64,000 bases of DNA from an uncultured Rhizobium sp. (GTDB lineage Bacteria > Bacteroidota > Bacteroidia > NS11-12g > UBA955). Positions within the stretch are counted from its first letter, which is position 1. The number at the start of each line of letters is the position of its first letter. Made by a program: the position numbers and the translations under genes. Location of the stretch: assembly GCA_964408945.1 (NCBI GenBank), contig CAYPBJ010000005.1, positions 7,186-71,185 of the forward strand. Reading direction: 5' to 3'. Shown here piece after piece: positions 48,901 to 58,434 of the stretch. Below the pieces are notes generated by a model. It was not told the DNA's origin and made no database searches. It saw only the letters and a list, made by a program, of their open reading frames with translations.

Positions 48901-49770
48901 ACTGTTAGAGAACTCAATACCCCAATTGACAATGTACACATGATTTCTGCATCGGTTTTTGAGGATTTTAGGGTTGATTTGCTTTGGGAAACTAGTAAAG
49001 AACCTGATTTCAAAGAATTTGAGGTCTACAAATATCCACGAGGGGCTAAACCGCAATACGTCACCCCCAATTTTATTACAACCGATACCTTTTTAAGTGA
49101 TTCAATGGTGAAAGTGGATGATTATTCCTATTGCTATGAAATTATAGTGGTTGATAAATGCGGACACATTTCTAAGCCATCCAATGAGGGGTGTACCGTT
49201 GTAATTAATGGAAATGCAACTGAGGCGCCAGATTATCATTTTGATTTGAATTGGTTGGATTATAAGGGTTGGGAGCTTGGTAGCAGTCAATGGATTCTTG
49301 AACGTAAATATGGGGGTAAACCTCTTTTTCAGCCTGTATATTCTGGAGCGCCTTCCATTTTCACTTTTAGAGACGCTGATTTAGACTATGATTGGGGCGG
49401 TTATTGGTATAGAGTAAAAGGAACTGAACAAGTCGCTTTTGGAAAAACCAACTACAACGCTACAACAGAAAGCAATTGGATTTATTTGATTCAGCCTCCT
49501 GAGGTTTGGGTACCTGATGCGTTTACTTTGAATCAAGACAATCTAAATGATGTTTGGGGTACGGTTCCAGTTTTTGCCCGTCAATATTCAATGAAGGTTT
49601 ACAATAGATGGGGACAAAAAATTTGGGAATCATCAAACAAGAAAACACAGTGGGATGGAACAGTTAATGGAAATCCTGCACCTGATGGAGTTTATGCCTG
49701 GCTATTGACCTTCGATGGATGGAACGACAAAGAATATCAGAAAACAGGTACGGTACTAATATTGCATTAA
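45955..49770 (+). CDS. Giant secreted protein with beta-propeller-like repeats and a type-B T9SS C-terminal sorting domain
   Basis: 1271 aa with signal peptide MNLKGWYIWLLTSLISVNVFA. Repeated G-rich strands are present (YLGGSGNEQ, FVGGSKMD, FFGGMTSGS; SBBP-like, assigned from memory). The last 88 aa (49504-49767), VPDAFTLNQDNLNDVW...VYNRWGQKIW...WDGT...DGVYAW, match the type-B CTD pattern. Confidence 0.85.
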   Translation: MNLKGWYIWLLTSLISVNVFAIDGTNPQFIPNKNQYSDNVIAKLPLNFGQLWFTKSGIWIQLLKEEELESLHDKTVDHLKLNCDVVHLDFFGANLSNYQFEGDSSNEIYNFIKGSNPQKWSTDIRKREIILFKNVYDGVDLEFKCTNSGIKYNWLIHDSKKINWLDQIKYQFEGANVQMVHSKKLKINSNNHEFFESIPLVYFIDEDGQKTVEQLHYRIDKNVISYHWEGTDAQSEGLNPEINSISNSDLVIDPILVFSTYSGSFADNFGCTGTYDDLGNGYSGGTVFDLGLPTTAGAIQLNFGGGEDENLGYGGSRDGAILKFNQSGSQLLYCTYLGGSGNEQPHSMVVDSLNNLFIMGSTTSLDFPMITTPKPYNHLPNTGYEFFVVKLNSTGTQLKGSTFVGGSKMDAVGADRSTQDVNDFPLLYNYADEFRGEIITDNKNIYIGGFTYSLDFPNSVETSPISGPKMSGVVFSLDGNLSNLRWSRLIYSADNSYTAIYGIALGDSGDIYATGGTNGKQFSNKYGVKWMNNFIGDVDGIILRLTSNTGSLLSGRYYGTNSYDQSYFVQTDNTGRPYIFGHTEAPLPVINARYNDPNKGQFITRFNRYLNQVELQTTFGSNSNLPNISPSAFLIDRCERIFISGWGGATNSSLYDVFTGNPKTHRNKGTTRNLPITGDAYQRTTDGSDFYVAVFSKNMYNLAYATFFGGMTSGSKEAEEHVDGGTSRFDKKGIIYQSVCAGCRRNGIYPTTPNAYSRINNSSNCNNALFKIDFENLNKIPSMNDTLVEVIATQPINFTMWASDPDVFDTLRIKAKWLNRAGMVGSDTAMITTYEGINRARFNLTWNTQCSSFSKDTAVLQLMIFDCGCPEADTIYRLVKIIVKEPPIVIPPDAICVSYDRVNKEMKVAWPATIVPTSFFKYFLLEKTDPQGNISIIDTIWSSTAGSFLDGNVVTPNLQNYCYKIIGVNICNVKTNPLSSWCTVRELNTPIDNVHMISASVFEDFRVDLLWETSKEPDFKEFEVYKYPRGAKPQYVTPNFITTDTFLSDSMVKVDDYSYCYEIIVVDKCGHISKPSNEGCTVVINGNATEAPDYHFDLNWLDYKGWELGSSQWILERKYGGKPLFQPVYSGAPSIFTFRDADLDYDWGGYWYRVKGTEQVAFGKTNYNATTESNWIYLIQPPEVWVPDAFTLNQDNLNDVWGTVPVFARQYSMKVYNRWGQKIWESSNKKTQWDGTVNGNPAPDGVYAWLLTFDGWNDKEYQKTGTVLILH

Positions 49771-49781
49771 ACAGAATAATA

Positions 49782-50750
49782 TTAATGTTGTCTATCTAAG
49801 AGCCAATGGGCAAGATCATCAAGTAGTTGAATGTTATAGCCTTTTTGTTTGAGTGTATTTAAAATCGATAAGGCGTTTTGATGATATTCATTGGCTTTAA
49901 GAATCAATTCTTGGTCAATTTGTTGGGATTTCCAGAATTCAATGGTTGGATTAACGCGCTCTTCAGGAGGCATTGAAAATAGAGTTTCTGTTTTTTCTGG
50001 AAAAAGATCATGAGATTTGATTTTAAGCCAAGTGTTTTTACCCTCAATTATGTCTCCTCCTTCTTTCTTACCTGTTTTTGATCCGTCTCCAAATGCATCT
50101 AAATAATCATCCATTAACTGGAAAGACAATCCTATATTAATGGCGAAGTCATAAAATAGAGCACTGTCGTTAATATTTCCACCGCCAGAAAGGTATCCAC
50201 ATTCAAGGGAGCACCCCAAGAGAATGGCTGTTTTAAGCTTGATCATGTTCAAATAATCATCTTCGTGAACGGTGTTAGGAAGTTGAGCATAATCCATGTC
50301 AAGTTGCTGTCCTTCACAAACACCAATGGCCGTTCGAGTGTAAATTTTAGCTATGATTTCTCTATTTGGACCTTCATAATTCAACAAATACTCAAAAGTT
50401 TTAACGAGCATGTTGTCACCAGAAAGTATAGCGGTTGGCTCATCCCATTTTTTGTGAACGGTGGGTTGCCCACGTCGAATATCTGCTTGATCCATGATGT
50501 CATCATGAATGAGAGAAAAGTTATGAAACAATTCAATGATATGCGCAATTTCTAGCCCATGATGAATTTCACCGTTTGCAATTTTGTTTCCAATGATTGC
50601 CAATAAAGGCCTTACTCGCTTACCACCTAAGGATAGAATATAGTTCATCGAGTCATACAGGTTCGAGGGCTTACCGGTGAACGGGTGGGATGCAAGGTGT
50701 TTTTCGTATTCTTTTTGTAAATCAGTGAGGTTCATCATCAGAATTAACAA
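49782..50750 (-). CDS. Polyprenyl diphosphate synthase (trans-IPPS family)
   Basis: It has the first and second Asp-rich motifs LIHDDIMD and LMDDYLD. Confidence 0.9.
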   Translation of the reverse strand: MLILMMNLTDLQKEYEKHLASHPFTGKPSNLYDSMNYILSLGGKRVRPLLAIIGNKIANGEIHHGLEIAHIIELFHNFSLIHDDIMDQADIRRGQPTVHKKWDEPTAILSGDNMLVKTFEYLLNYEGPNREIIAKIYTRTAIGVCEGQQLDMDYAQLPNTVHEDDYLNMIKLKTAILLGCSLECGYLSGGGNINDSALFYDFAINIGLSFQLMDDYLDAFGDGSKTGKKEGGDIIEGKNTWLKIKSHDLFPEKTETLFSMPPEERVNPTIEFWKSQQIDQELILKANEYHQNALSILNTLKQKGYNIQLLDDLAHWLLDRQH

Positions 50751-50752
50751 TT

Positions 50753-52855
50753 TTAATCAATTAAAGTTAAATCAATATTTCTTGCAAGCAAATTGGCTTT
50801 TTTTACCTTTACCGAAATGATATCACCAAGTCGATATTCTCTTTTGGTTCGTCTTCCTACTACTTTTCGTTGATCTTCAACGAAATAGAATTGGTCTTTT
50901 CTAATGTCTGTAAGTCGAATCAAGCCTTCGGCGTGGTAATCTAATATTGTGGCGTAAATTCCCCATTCGGTTACGCCAGTGACTCGCGCTTCAAAGATTT
51001 CTCCTTCATGCAGCTTCATTAACTCAGCTAATTTGTACTTGATACTGGCTCTTTCGGCATCGGAAGCTTTTTGCTCCATGTTACTTGAATGCTTGGCTAA
51101 TTCTTCAATATTTGCGGAATTATAAGTGCTGGGTTTAGCATTTAATAAATCAAAAAGAATTCGGTGTGCCAATAGGTCAGGGTAACGGCGAATAGGTGAG
51201 GTAAAATGGGTGTAATAGGCAAATGCCAATCCAAAATGAGATGTTTTTTGTCCGGTATAAACAGCTTTTGCCATTGTTCTTATGGACATTTGCTGTAGTA
51301 AGTCAGCTTCTGGTTTTCCTGCTGATCTTTCTAATAAACTATTGAAAGACTTCCTTAAGACTTTTTCGTTTTCAATTTGAATAGGATAACCCATCAATTT
51401 GCAAAACTTTGCGAAATCTAGGAGTTTTTCTTGTGGGGGTTCATCGTGGGTTCTGTAGATGAACGGAGGCGGAGGTGTTGAATGTTGATGAACATGAACA
51501 GCAACAGTTTGATTGGCAAGCAACATGAAGGTTTCAATCATTTTGTGTGCTTCAAAACGCACCTTTTCTTTTACTTTGGTTGGCAAACCTTTCTCATCTA
51601 GTTCAAATCTGAGTTCCTTGCTTTCAAATCGAAGAGCACCGCGGTCAAAACGTATTTTTTCAAAATGTTGAGCGATGGTGTTCAGAGTGATCAATTCCTT
51701 TCCAAAATCGCCTTCGCCAGAAATGATGCCTATTTGTGCTTGTTCATAGGAAAAGCGTTTATTGCTGTGAATGACCCCTTTTCCAATCCAATGGTTGATG
51801 ATTTTATATTCCTTATCAAGAGTCAAAACCACCGAGAAACAGAGTCTATCTTCATTAGGTCGTAATGAACATAGATTATTGCTTAGTTTTTCCGGCAACA
51901 TTGGTATGGTTCTGTCTACCAAATAAACGGATGTTGCCCGTTGAATTGCTTCTTGATCAAGTGCGGTGCCTTCCTTCACGTAATGACTAACATCTGCAAT
52001 GTGAATTCCAACCTCAAATTCATTTTTATCATTTATTTCGAGGGATATTGCATCGTCAAAATCTTTGGCATCTTCGGGGTCTATAGTGAATGTTGTGATT
52101 GACCGAAAGTCTCTTCTTTGTTTTATTTCAGCTGCGTCAATGGATTCAGAAATGGCTTCTGACTCAGCTAAAACATCCTCCGGGAACCGGGTGGAAAAAC
52201 CAAATTCAGCGACAATGGCGTGCATTTCAGTGTCATGCGCACCGGGTTTACCAAAAACGTCAATGATTCTTCCTATGGGAAATCTGCTGTTTTCTGGAAA
52301 GTCGTAAACTTCAACCTGCGCTTTGCAACCATCGAATTTATCTGAAGGTGATTCGGTGATTTTAATGTCTTTGTAACCACTTTTCCCTGTGAGTAAAAAT
52401 GCGTTTCCATTGTAAATATCTAGGACACCAATGACCTTTCTTGGAGTGCGGGAAATTAACTTCGGGGGCGAAAATGCAGATCGTTTGCCTTGTTTGAGGA
52501 ATTCCAATTCAAGGATATCTTCGGGGAGAAATCGTTGCAAAAGACTGGATGGAACTCTAATAATTTCATCGGTTTCAGTATTTTTTAGCAACAATTCACC
52601 GGCGTAATTATTGATTACTTTAGCCTGAATGGATTGGCTTTTTTGAGCTTTTTGGAATTGACCTTTGGTGGGTTGGCGAACCAATCCTTTTTGAACCAAG
52701 CTGAGGAGTGAATGATAAATGGTGTCTTTTTTAAGTCCAGCTTCTCTGGGGATTCTTAAAAAAACTTGTTGTGCATTAAGACTGCCTTTTTTATGGTCTT
52801 CCAGAATGGCTAAAATGACTTTTTCAGCCAAGGAAAGTTTTTGATTCTTTTTCAA
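50753..52855 (-). CDS. rnr: Ribonuclease R
   Basis: 700 aa with cold-shock-like N-terminal domains, an RNB catalytic domain (TIDPEDAKDFDDAISL, IADVSHYV) and a C-terminal S1 domain. Confidence 0.92.
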   Translation of the reverse strand: MKKNQKLSLAEKVILAILEDHKKGSLNAQQVFLRIPREAGLKKDTIYHSLLSLVQKGLVRQPTKGQFQKAQKSQSIQAKVINNYAGELLLKNTETDEIIRVPSSLLQRFLPEDILELEFLKQGKRSAFSPPKLISRTPRKVIGVLDIYNGNAFLLTGKSGYKDIKITESPSDKFDGCKAQVEVYDFPENSRFPIGRIIDVFGKPGAHDTEMHAIVAEFGFSTRFPEDVLAESEAISESIDAAEIKQRRDFRSITTFTIDPEDAKDFDDAISLEINDKNEFEVGIHIADVSHYVKEGTALDQEAIQRATSVYLVDRTIPMLPEKLSNNLCSLRPNEDRLCFSVVLTLDKEYKIINHWIGKGVIHSNKRFSYEQAQIGIISGEGDFGKELITLNTIAQHFEKIRFDRGALRFESKELRFELDEKGLPTKVKEKVRFEAHKMIETFMLLANQTVAVHVHQHSTPPPPFIYRTHDEPPQEKLLDFAKFCKLMGYPIQIENEKVLRKSFNSLLERSAGKPEADLLQQMSIRTMAKAVYTGQKTSHFGLAFAYYTHFTSPIRRYPDLLAHRILFDLLNAKPSTYNSANIEELAKHSSNMEQKASDAERASIKYKLAELMKLHEGEIFEARVTGVTEWGIYATILDYHAEGLIRLTDIRKDQFYFVEDQRKVVGRRTKREYRLGDIISVKVKKANLLARNIDLTLID

Positions 52856-52859
52856 TGAT

Positions 52860-54161
52860 TTAGGATTCGTAATAATCTAGATCCTTGTGGAAGGATTCTT
52901 CGACCCGCAAAGTTCCCCAAATTGCTATGACTAAACAAATTATTCCGACCAAATAAGCAGAATGTAAGGTGTAATGGGTAGAAACCGACTTTAATGCAGA
53001 TTCAAAGTATTCATATCCCCAGGTAATCAAAAGCACGCCGCCGCGCACAAAATTGGGAACGGTTGCAGAAACGGTACTTCTGATATTGGTGCCAAATTGT
53101 TCGCTGGCATTGGTTACAAATAAGGCCCAATAGCCGGTTGCCATGCCTAATAAGGTGGCTAAAATGCGATAGTAATTTGCAGAGCCAACAGGGCCGTAAA
53201 GATAAAGAGTCATCACAAAGAAGATTGAGATGAGATTAAATAGAATGACTTTTTTCCTGCTTTGAAACCATTGAGATAATATCCCTGACAATAAGTCGCC
53301 AGATGATAATCCGACATAACTCCACAATACCATTTCTTTTGTGGAAACTTCTAACATGATGTTAGGGTTGCCTGTAATTTCTGGAAGGAATCTATGTGCA
53401 AGGGCAATAAGAATTCCAACTACAAACCAAACGGGTAGACCAATTACAATGCAGGCAAGGTACTTTAAAAACGTATCTCGGGTTTTAAACAAGCTAAAAA
53501 AATTACCTTTTTTTACCTGAGCATCCTGCATTTGAGAGAACATATTTGATTCAAAAGTACCAGCTCTTAAAGCCAGTAATACCAATCCCAATGCACCACC
53601 CACTATATAAGCTACTTGCCAATTAGCTAAAGGTCTACCTATAATGGACGTGATAAAATCACCAATTATTTCACCTTTGTCTGCAACTAGAAAAGCAGCA
53701 ACGGCACCTAAAGCACCAAAAGTCACAATGATCATGGTTCCTACGCCTCGTTTTTTAATGGGCATTAATTCGGCAACCAACGTTATAGCGGCACCCAACT
53801 CACCTGCAAGACCTAAGCCCGCAATGAATCTCCATATTTTGTAGGCCTCTAAGGTGGTTACAAATGCATTGGCAATATTTGCAATACTGTAAATAAGGAT
53901 ACTTCCAAAAAGCACGCTTACTCGTCCTTTTTTGTCGCCCCAAATCCCCCAAATTAATCCGCCAATAAGCATTCCTGCCATTTGCCATCTGAAAAGAACG
54001 GTTTCATTGGTTAAGAAATCAATACTTAGCGCATCGAGACTTTCCTTTTTAATGATATTGAATAATATCAAATCGTAAATATCAACAAAATAGCCCAGTG
54101 AGGCTACAATAATGAGTAAAGCAATGTTCTTTTTTGGTCTGTCTTTTGACATGTTCGGCAA
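52860..54161 (-). CDS. MFS transporter
   Basis: 433 aa with about 12 TMs and the MFS loop motif GIWGDKKGR between TM2 and TM3. Confidence 0.8.
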   Translation of the reverse strand: MPNMSKDRPKKNIALLIIVASLGYFVDIYDLILFNIIKKESLDALSIDFLTNETVLFRWQMAGMLIGGLIWGIWGDKKGRVSVLFGSILIYSIANIANAFVTTLEAYKIWRFIAGLGLAGELGAAITLVAELMPIKKRGVGTMIIVTFGALGAVAAFLVADKGEIIGDFITSIIGRPLANWQVAYIVGGALGLVLLALRAGTFESNMFSQMQDAQVKKGNFFSLFKTRDTFLKYLACIVIGLPVWFVVGILIALAHRFLPEITGNPNIMLEVSTKEMVLWSYVGLSSGDLLSGILSQWFQSRKKVILFNLISIFFVMTLYLYGPVGSANYYRILATLLGMATGYWALFVTNASEQFGTNIRSTVSATVPNFVRGGVLLITWGYEYFESALKSVSTHYTLHSAYLVGIICLVIAIWGTLRVEESFHKDLDYYES

Positions 54162-54183
54162 GATACGAATTATGAAGGTAATC

Positions 54184-54672
54184 CTATAATTTAGGATCTA
54201 GTGAACCAATATTTTGACAGAATTTTTCTAAATAATGCTGATCGGTTTGGTCAAATTCAGAGAAATTCACGGAGTCAATATCTAAAACGGCCCAAATATC
54301 TCCAGCATTATTAAAAATGGGAACTACTATTTCAGAGTTTGATGCCGAGCTGCAAGCAATGTGCCCGGGAAATTCGTGAACATTGGGCACCAATTGGGTG
54401 CATTTTTGTTTCCAAGCCGTTCCGCACACCCCTTTCCCAAATTCAATTCTGGTACATGCATTGGTTCCTTGAAAAGGCCCCAAGACGAGTTCTCCGTCAA
54501 CAACCATGTAAATCCCTGTCCACCAATGGTTAAATAATTCATTAATCAAAGCCATCGCATTGCTTAAATTAGAGAACCATGGTGCCTTAGAATCTAAAAA
54601 ATGAGGCCAATTATTCAATAGCCATTGATATTTTTCTTCTTTGGTTAACCCTTCAACAGAAAACTCATTCAT
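54184..54672 (-). CDS. GAF domain protein (free methionine-R-sulfoxide reductase MsrC/YebR-like)
   Basis: 162 aa with the GKGVCGTAW motif and conserved Cys positions typical of the fRMsr GAF family. Confidence 0.7.
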   Translation of the reverse strand: MNEFSVEGLTKEEKYQWLLNNWPHFLDSKAPWFSNLSNAMALINELFNHWWTGIYMVVDGELVLGPFQGTNACTRIEFGKGVCGTAWKQKCTQLVPNVHEFPGHIACSSASNSEIVVPIFNNAGDIWAVLDIDSVNFSEFDQTDQHYLEKFCQNIGSLDPKL

Positions 54673-54756
54673 GATGTGTCGAAATTAATTGATTTTTATC
54701 AGTGTTTATCCCGTAAATTATAGGTAAATTGCGTGTTTATTTGATTTATTTTGGGA

Positions 54757-57717
54757 ATGGAAGTTGTAAATACCAAAAAGTTTGAAGTTGTTTTCACTTT
54801 TGTGAATCATGCTAATTTTGGTATCATAGTGGAAGCCAATGCGGTACAGTTATTGGATAATGGAAATCCATCGTTGACATTTCAGCGAATTAGAATTCAA
54901 AATGCAGATTATTTCCAATTAGATAATGCGCAAAAAGCAGCTGTAGAACTCATTGAAAAGTTCGAAATGGATGTAATCATGAAGAAATTCTACACCGGTA
55001 CAAAAAAATTGAAACCGGCTGATTTTATTCTAAAGCATTATAATCCCGAGTTGGCCAAACTTGTTAGGGAATATATCGAAATACACTTGCTAAAGTTGCT
55101 CCACATCATCAAAGATTATCCGCTTTATTGGTCTGGGAAATTAGGCGAGCCAATGGGACAAAGAATTCAGTTTGCCAATGAGCCAACGTCGGTGTTGTTT
55201 CATTTTAGGGAACAAGAAGACGGCATGAATTATTTTGTCACCCTAAAACATCAAGATCAGAAAATCAATATTTTCGAAAATAATGCGCATCTCTTGGTGG
55301 GTAAGCCTGCTTGGATAATTACCGAAGACCGCCTGTTATTTTTCAATGAAAGGGTAGATGGGGTCAAAATAAAACCGTTTTTTAATAAACGATTCATTCA
55401 TATTGCTGCAAATCAACTTTCGGTATACATGAATAAATTCGTGTTGCCACTTTTAGAAAACCACGATGTTTATGCTAAAGGGTTTGAAATTGTTACTGAA
55501 CAATTGTCTGTGAAACCTGTTCTAAGGCTAAATAAATCCCAAGAAAAAGTAAAAAATCTACTGCTGTATTTTCAATATGGAAGTTGGCAATTTCCTTATC
55601 ACGTAGACAAAAGAGTAAATGTTTCGCTCGAAGAAAAAGAAGGCAAATTTACTTTTCACAGAATTCGCAGATCTTACCCTATTGAGAAAGATAATATTCG
55701 AATTTTACAAGAATTAGGACTGTCATTTGTTAAAGGAAGCATCATGGGAATTGATTCAGATCAAGATTATGATTACTCAATGGTGCAATGGGTGAATCAA
55801 TACTCAGATGAACTTATTAGAAATGGCTTTGTTATAGAACAAGATTTCTCTGAGGTCAATTATTTTCTTGGGAAGATAGACGTTAAAATTAAGGTCTCTC
55901 AAGCTGAAGATTGGTTTGATTTGATGGCTATTGTTCGATTTGGAAGCTTTGAAATTCCATTTACACGCCTTAAAAATCACATTCTCAACAATAAGAAAGA
56001 GTTTGTTCTTCCCGATGGAAGTATTGCCGTGCTTCCAAGCGAATGGTTCTCTCACTTTTCAAAGGTGTTGAATTTTTCTGTTGAGGAAGAAGATAGACTA
56101 AAGATCAAAAAGATTCACATCTCCTTATTAGAAGATCTACAGCAATATCTAGACGATGAATTGCCCAGTGCAGATTGGGCCGCTGCCATTACCGATCAAA
56201 AGATACCCGATTGCAATATCCCTCAATCTTTCAAAGCAGAAATGCGAACCTATCAGAAAGAGGGTTATAATTGGATGAGATTTTTGTTGGAAAATAAGCT
56301 GGGTGCCCTTTTGGCTGATGATATGGGATTGGGAAAAACCATTCAAACCTTAGCCCTTATTCAGCACTTAACTGACGAACAAGCCAAGCTAAAATTATTG
56401 GGTAAATTAAATTTGCCATCATCTGAACAGGTCCAACAATTGATAAATGGTCAATCAGACAATGATTCCCATTGGCATGGGCCATGTATCGTGGTTTGTC
56501 CTAAATCACTGCTATACAACTGGAGAAATGAAGCCAATAAATTTGCTCCTGAGCTAAAAGTGTTGACTTATAGCGGACTGAATCGAAATAAACTCATTTC
56601 ACAGTTTACCGAAGTTGATTTAGTGGTCATGAGTTATGGTACCATGCGCAATGATTTAGATTTCTTAAGGAAGTTTGAATACCCTTTGATCGTTTTAGAT
56701 GAAAGTCAAGCCATCAAAAATCCTTCGTCGTTAACGGCTAGAAATTTATTGAAAATACATGCCCGTCATAAAGTAGCATTAACTGGTACCCCTATTGAAA
56801 ATACCCTTCTAGATATTTGGAGCCAGATGAATTTCTTGAATCCAGGTTTATTGGGCAGCTATACCTACTTTGAGAAGCAGTTCATTCGTCCCATAGAAAA
56901 AGAAGGGAATACAAAGAAAACCGATGAATTAAAGCGTTTCATAGATCCATTTGTACTTCGCAGAACGAAGGGTCAAGTAATGAAAGATCTTCCGCCGAAG
57001 GTGGAGAAAATTCATTATTGTGAAATGAGCGAAGAGCAAAGTGAATTGTATGAGAAAATAAAGAGTCAATATCGCAATGAAATTCTATCTCACATCAATG
57101 AAGTAGGTATCAGTAAGTCGCGATTGAAAATTTTTAACGGATTGATGCATTTGAGGCAACTAGCGTTAAATCCTGTTCTAAAAGATTCAAATTACGAAGG
57201 TAGCTCCGGAAAAGATGATGAAATTGTGAGAATGTTGGTGAGGGCCATTGAAAATGGTCATAAAATATTGTTGTTTTCGCAATTTGTAGGATACCTTAAG
57301 AACATTGCAGAAATTTTGAAAGATTCTGGTATCAAATTTTGTTATCTAGATGGGTCTATGGATGAACACGAACGCCAAGATCAAATTGAGGTTTTTCAGA
57401 ATAACAATGAAATCAGAATTTTCTTATTGAGCCTAAGAGCCGGTAATTCAGGATTGAATCTTACAGCTGCTGATTATGTATTTTTAGCAGATCCTTGGTG
57501 GAATCCTTTTACCATGAAACAAGCCGAAGATAGGGCGCATAGAATGGGGCAGAGTAAAACCGTAATGAGTTATAAGTTCATTACTAAAGATACTATTGAA
57601 GAGAAAATTCTTGCTTTGCAACAAAAGAAAACCAGGCTAGCTGAAAGCATCATTCCTGATGAGGATACCATTATAAACAACATAAACGTAGAAGAACTCG
57701 AAGAACTATTGTCTTAG
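54757..57717 (+). CDS. SNF2-family DNA/RNA helicase with a long uncharacterised N-terminal region
   Basis: Helicase motifs LADDMGLGKT (I), LDESQAIKN (II), LTGTPIEN (III), DPWWNP and QAEDRAHRMGQ (VI) occupy the C-terminal half. The N-terminal ~500 aa has no motif I recognise. The start is taken at the first ATG (the track start is TTG at 54751). Confidence 0.88.
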   Translation: MEVVNTKKFEVVFTFVNHANFGIIVEANAVQLLDNGNPSLTFQRIRIQNADYFQLDNAQKAAVELIEKFEMDVIMKKFYTGTKKLKPADFILKHYNPELAKLVREYIEIHLLKLLHIIKDYPLYWSGKLGEPMGQRIQFANEPTSVLFHFREQEDGMNYFVTLKHQDQKINIFENNAHLLVGKPAWIITEDRLLFFNERVDGVKIKPFFNKRFIHIAANQLSVYMNKFVLPLLENHDVYAKGFEIVTEQLSVKPVLRLNKSQEKVKNLLLYFQYGSWQFPYHVDKRVNVSLEEKEGKFTFHRIRRSYPIEKDNIRILQELGLSFVKGSIMGIDSDQDYDYSMVQWVNQYSDELIRNGFVIEQDFSEVNYFLGKIDVKIKVSQAEDWFDLMAIVRFGSFEIPFTRLKNHILNNKKEFVLPDGSIAVLPSEWFSHFSKVLNFSVEEEDRLKIKKIHISLLEDLQQYLDDELPSADWAAAITDQKIPDCNIPQSFKAEMRTYQKEGYNWMRFLLENKLGALLADDMGLGKTIQTLALIQHLTDEQAKLKLLGKLNLPSSEQVQQLINGQSDNDSHWHGPCIVVCPKSLLYNWRNEANKFAPELKVLTYSGLNRNKLISQFTEVDLVVMSYGTMRNDLDFLRKFEYPLIVLDESQAIKNPSSLTARNLLKIHARHKVALTGTPIENTLLDIWSQMNFLNPGLLGSYTYFEKQFIRPIEKEGNTKKTDELKRFIDPFVLRRTKGQVMKDLPPKVEKIHYCEMSEEQSELYEKIKSQYRNEILSHINEVGISKSRLKIFNGLMHLRQLALNPVLKDSNYEGSSGKDDEIVRMLVRAIENGHKILLFSQFVGYLKNIAEILKDSGIKFCYLDGSMDEHERQDQIEVFQNNNEIRIFLLSLRAGNSGLNLTAADYVFLADPWWNPFTMKQAEDRAHRMGQSKTVMSYKFITKDTIEEKILALQQKKTRLAESIIPDEDTIINNINVEELEELLS

Positions 57718-57719
57718 TA

Positions 57720-58397
57720 ATGAAGTTGATGGGTCTTGATCAAGAAAGTCAATGGTTTCAGCTCTTTGAAAGGGGCGGAGTTGTTGAAGGTTTGAACATC
57801 TTGTCAGATAGAATCAATAACATGAGAGCGATGTCAAATATTTTTCCGCCTCATGATCAAATACTAAGGGCATTTCAGTTGTGCGACTTTAGAAAAGTCA
57901 AAGTAGTTATTATTGGCCAGGATCCTTATCATGGTTTTGGACAAGCACATGGTTTGGCGTTTTCGGTTAATAACGGGATTAAACTTCCGCCGTCATTAGT
58001 GAATATTTTTAAAGAAATTCAACGCGACATGGGCGGTGAAATACCTCAAAACGGTGATCTAATGCCTTGGGCAAAACAAGGTGTTTTACTTCTAAATACC
58101 GTTTTAACGGTTGAAGAATCTAAACCATTATCTCATCAAAACCTGGGTTGGCAAACATTTACAACTAAGTGTATTCAATGGCTAAATAGGCATTCAGAAG
58201 GACTTGCATTTATGCTTTGGGGCAGCCACGCACAGAAATTTGCTGCGGAAATTGACACTCAAAAACATCAACTGTTTCAAACATCTCATCCAAGTCCTTT
58301 GAGTGTTTACAGGGGATTTGATGGATGCGGACATTTTTCTGAAGTAAACAGATACTTATCTTCACAAGATAAAGAACCTATAAATTGGGTATTATAG
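57720..58397 (+). CDS. ung: Uracil-DNA glycosylase (family 1)
   Basis: It has the motifs GQDPYH, LLLNTVLTV and HPSPLS. It starts 2 nt after the SNF2 stop. Confidence 0.93.
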   Translation: MKLMGLDQESQWFQLFERGGVVEGLNILSDRINNMRAMSNIFPPHDQILRAFQLCDFRKVKVVIIGQDPYHGFGQAHGLAFSVNNGIKLPPSLVNIFKEIQRDMGGEIPQNGDLMPWAKQGVLLLNTVLTVEESKPLSHQNLGWQTFTTKCIQWLNRHSEGLAFMLWGSHAQKFAAEIDTQKHQLFQTSHPSPLSVYRGFDGCGHFSEVNRYLSSQDKEPINWVL

Positions 58398-58434
58398 TTT
58401 AGGCGTTGCACTCTGAAATTTGTAATTTCGCAAT

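Noticed and set aside
49782-54672. A tightly packed co-directional run (GAF protein, MFS transporter, RNase R, polyprenyl synthase; gaps of 22, 4 and 2 nt) that might be a functional system.
   Set aside because: All four are common housekeeping families with unrelated roles. Tight packing is the norm across this window, so adjacency alone does not argue for a system.
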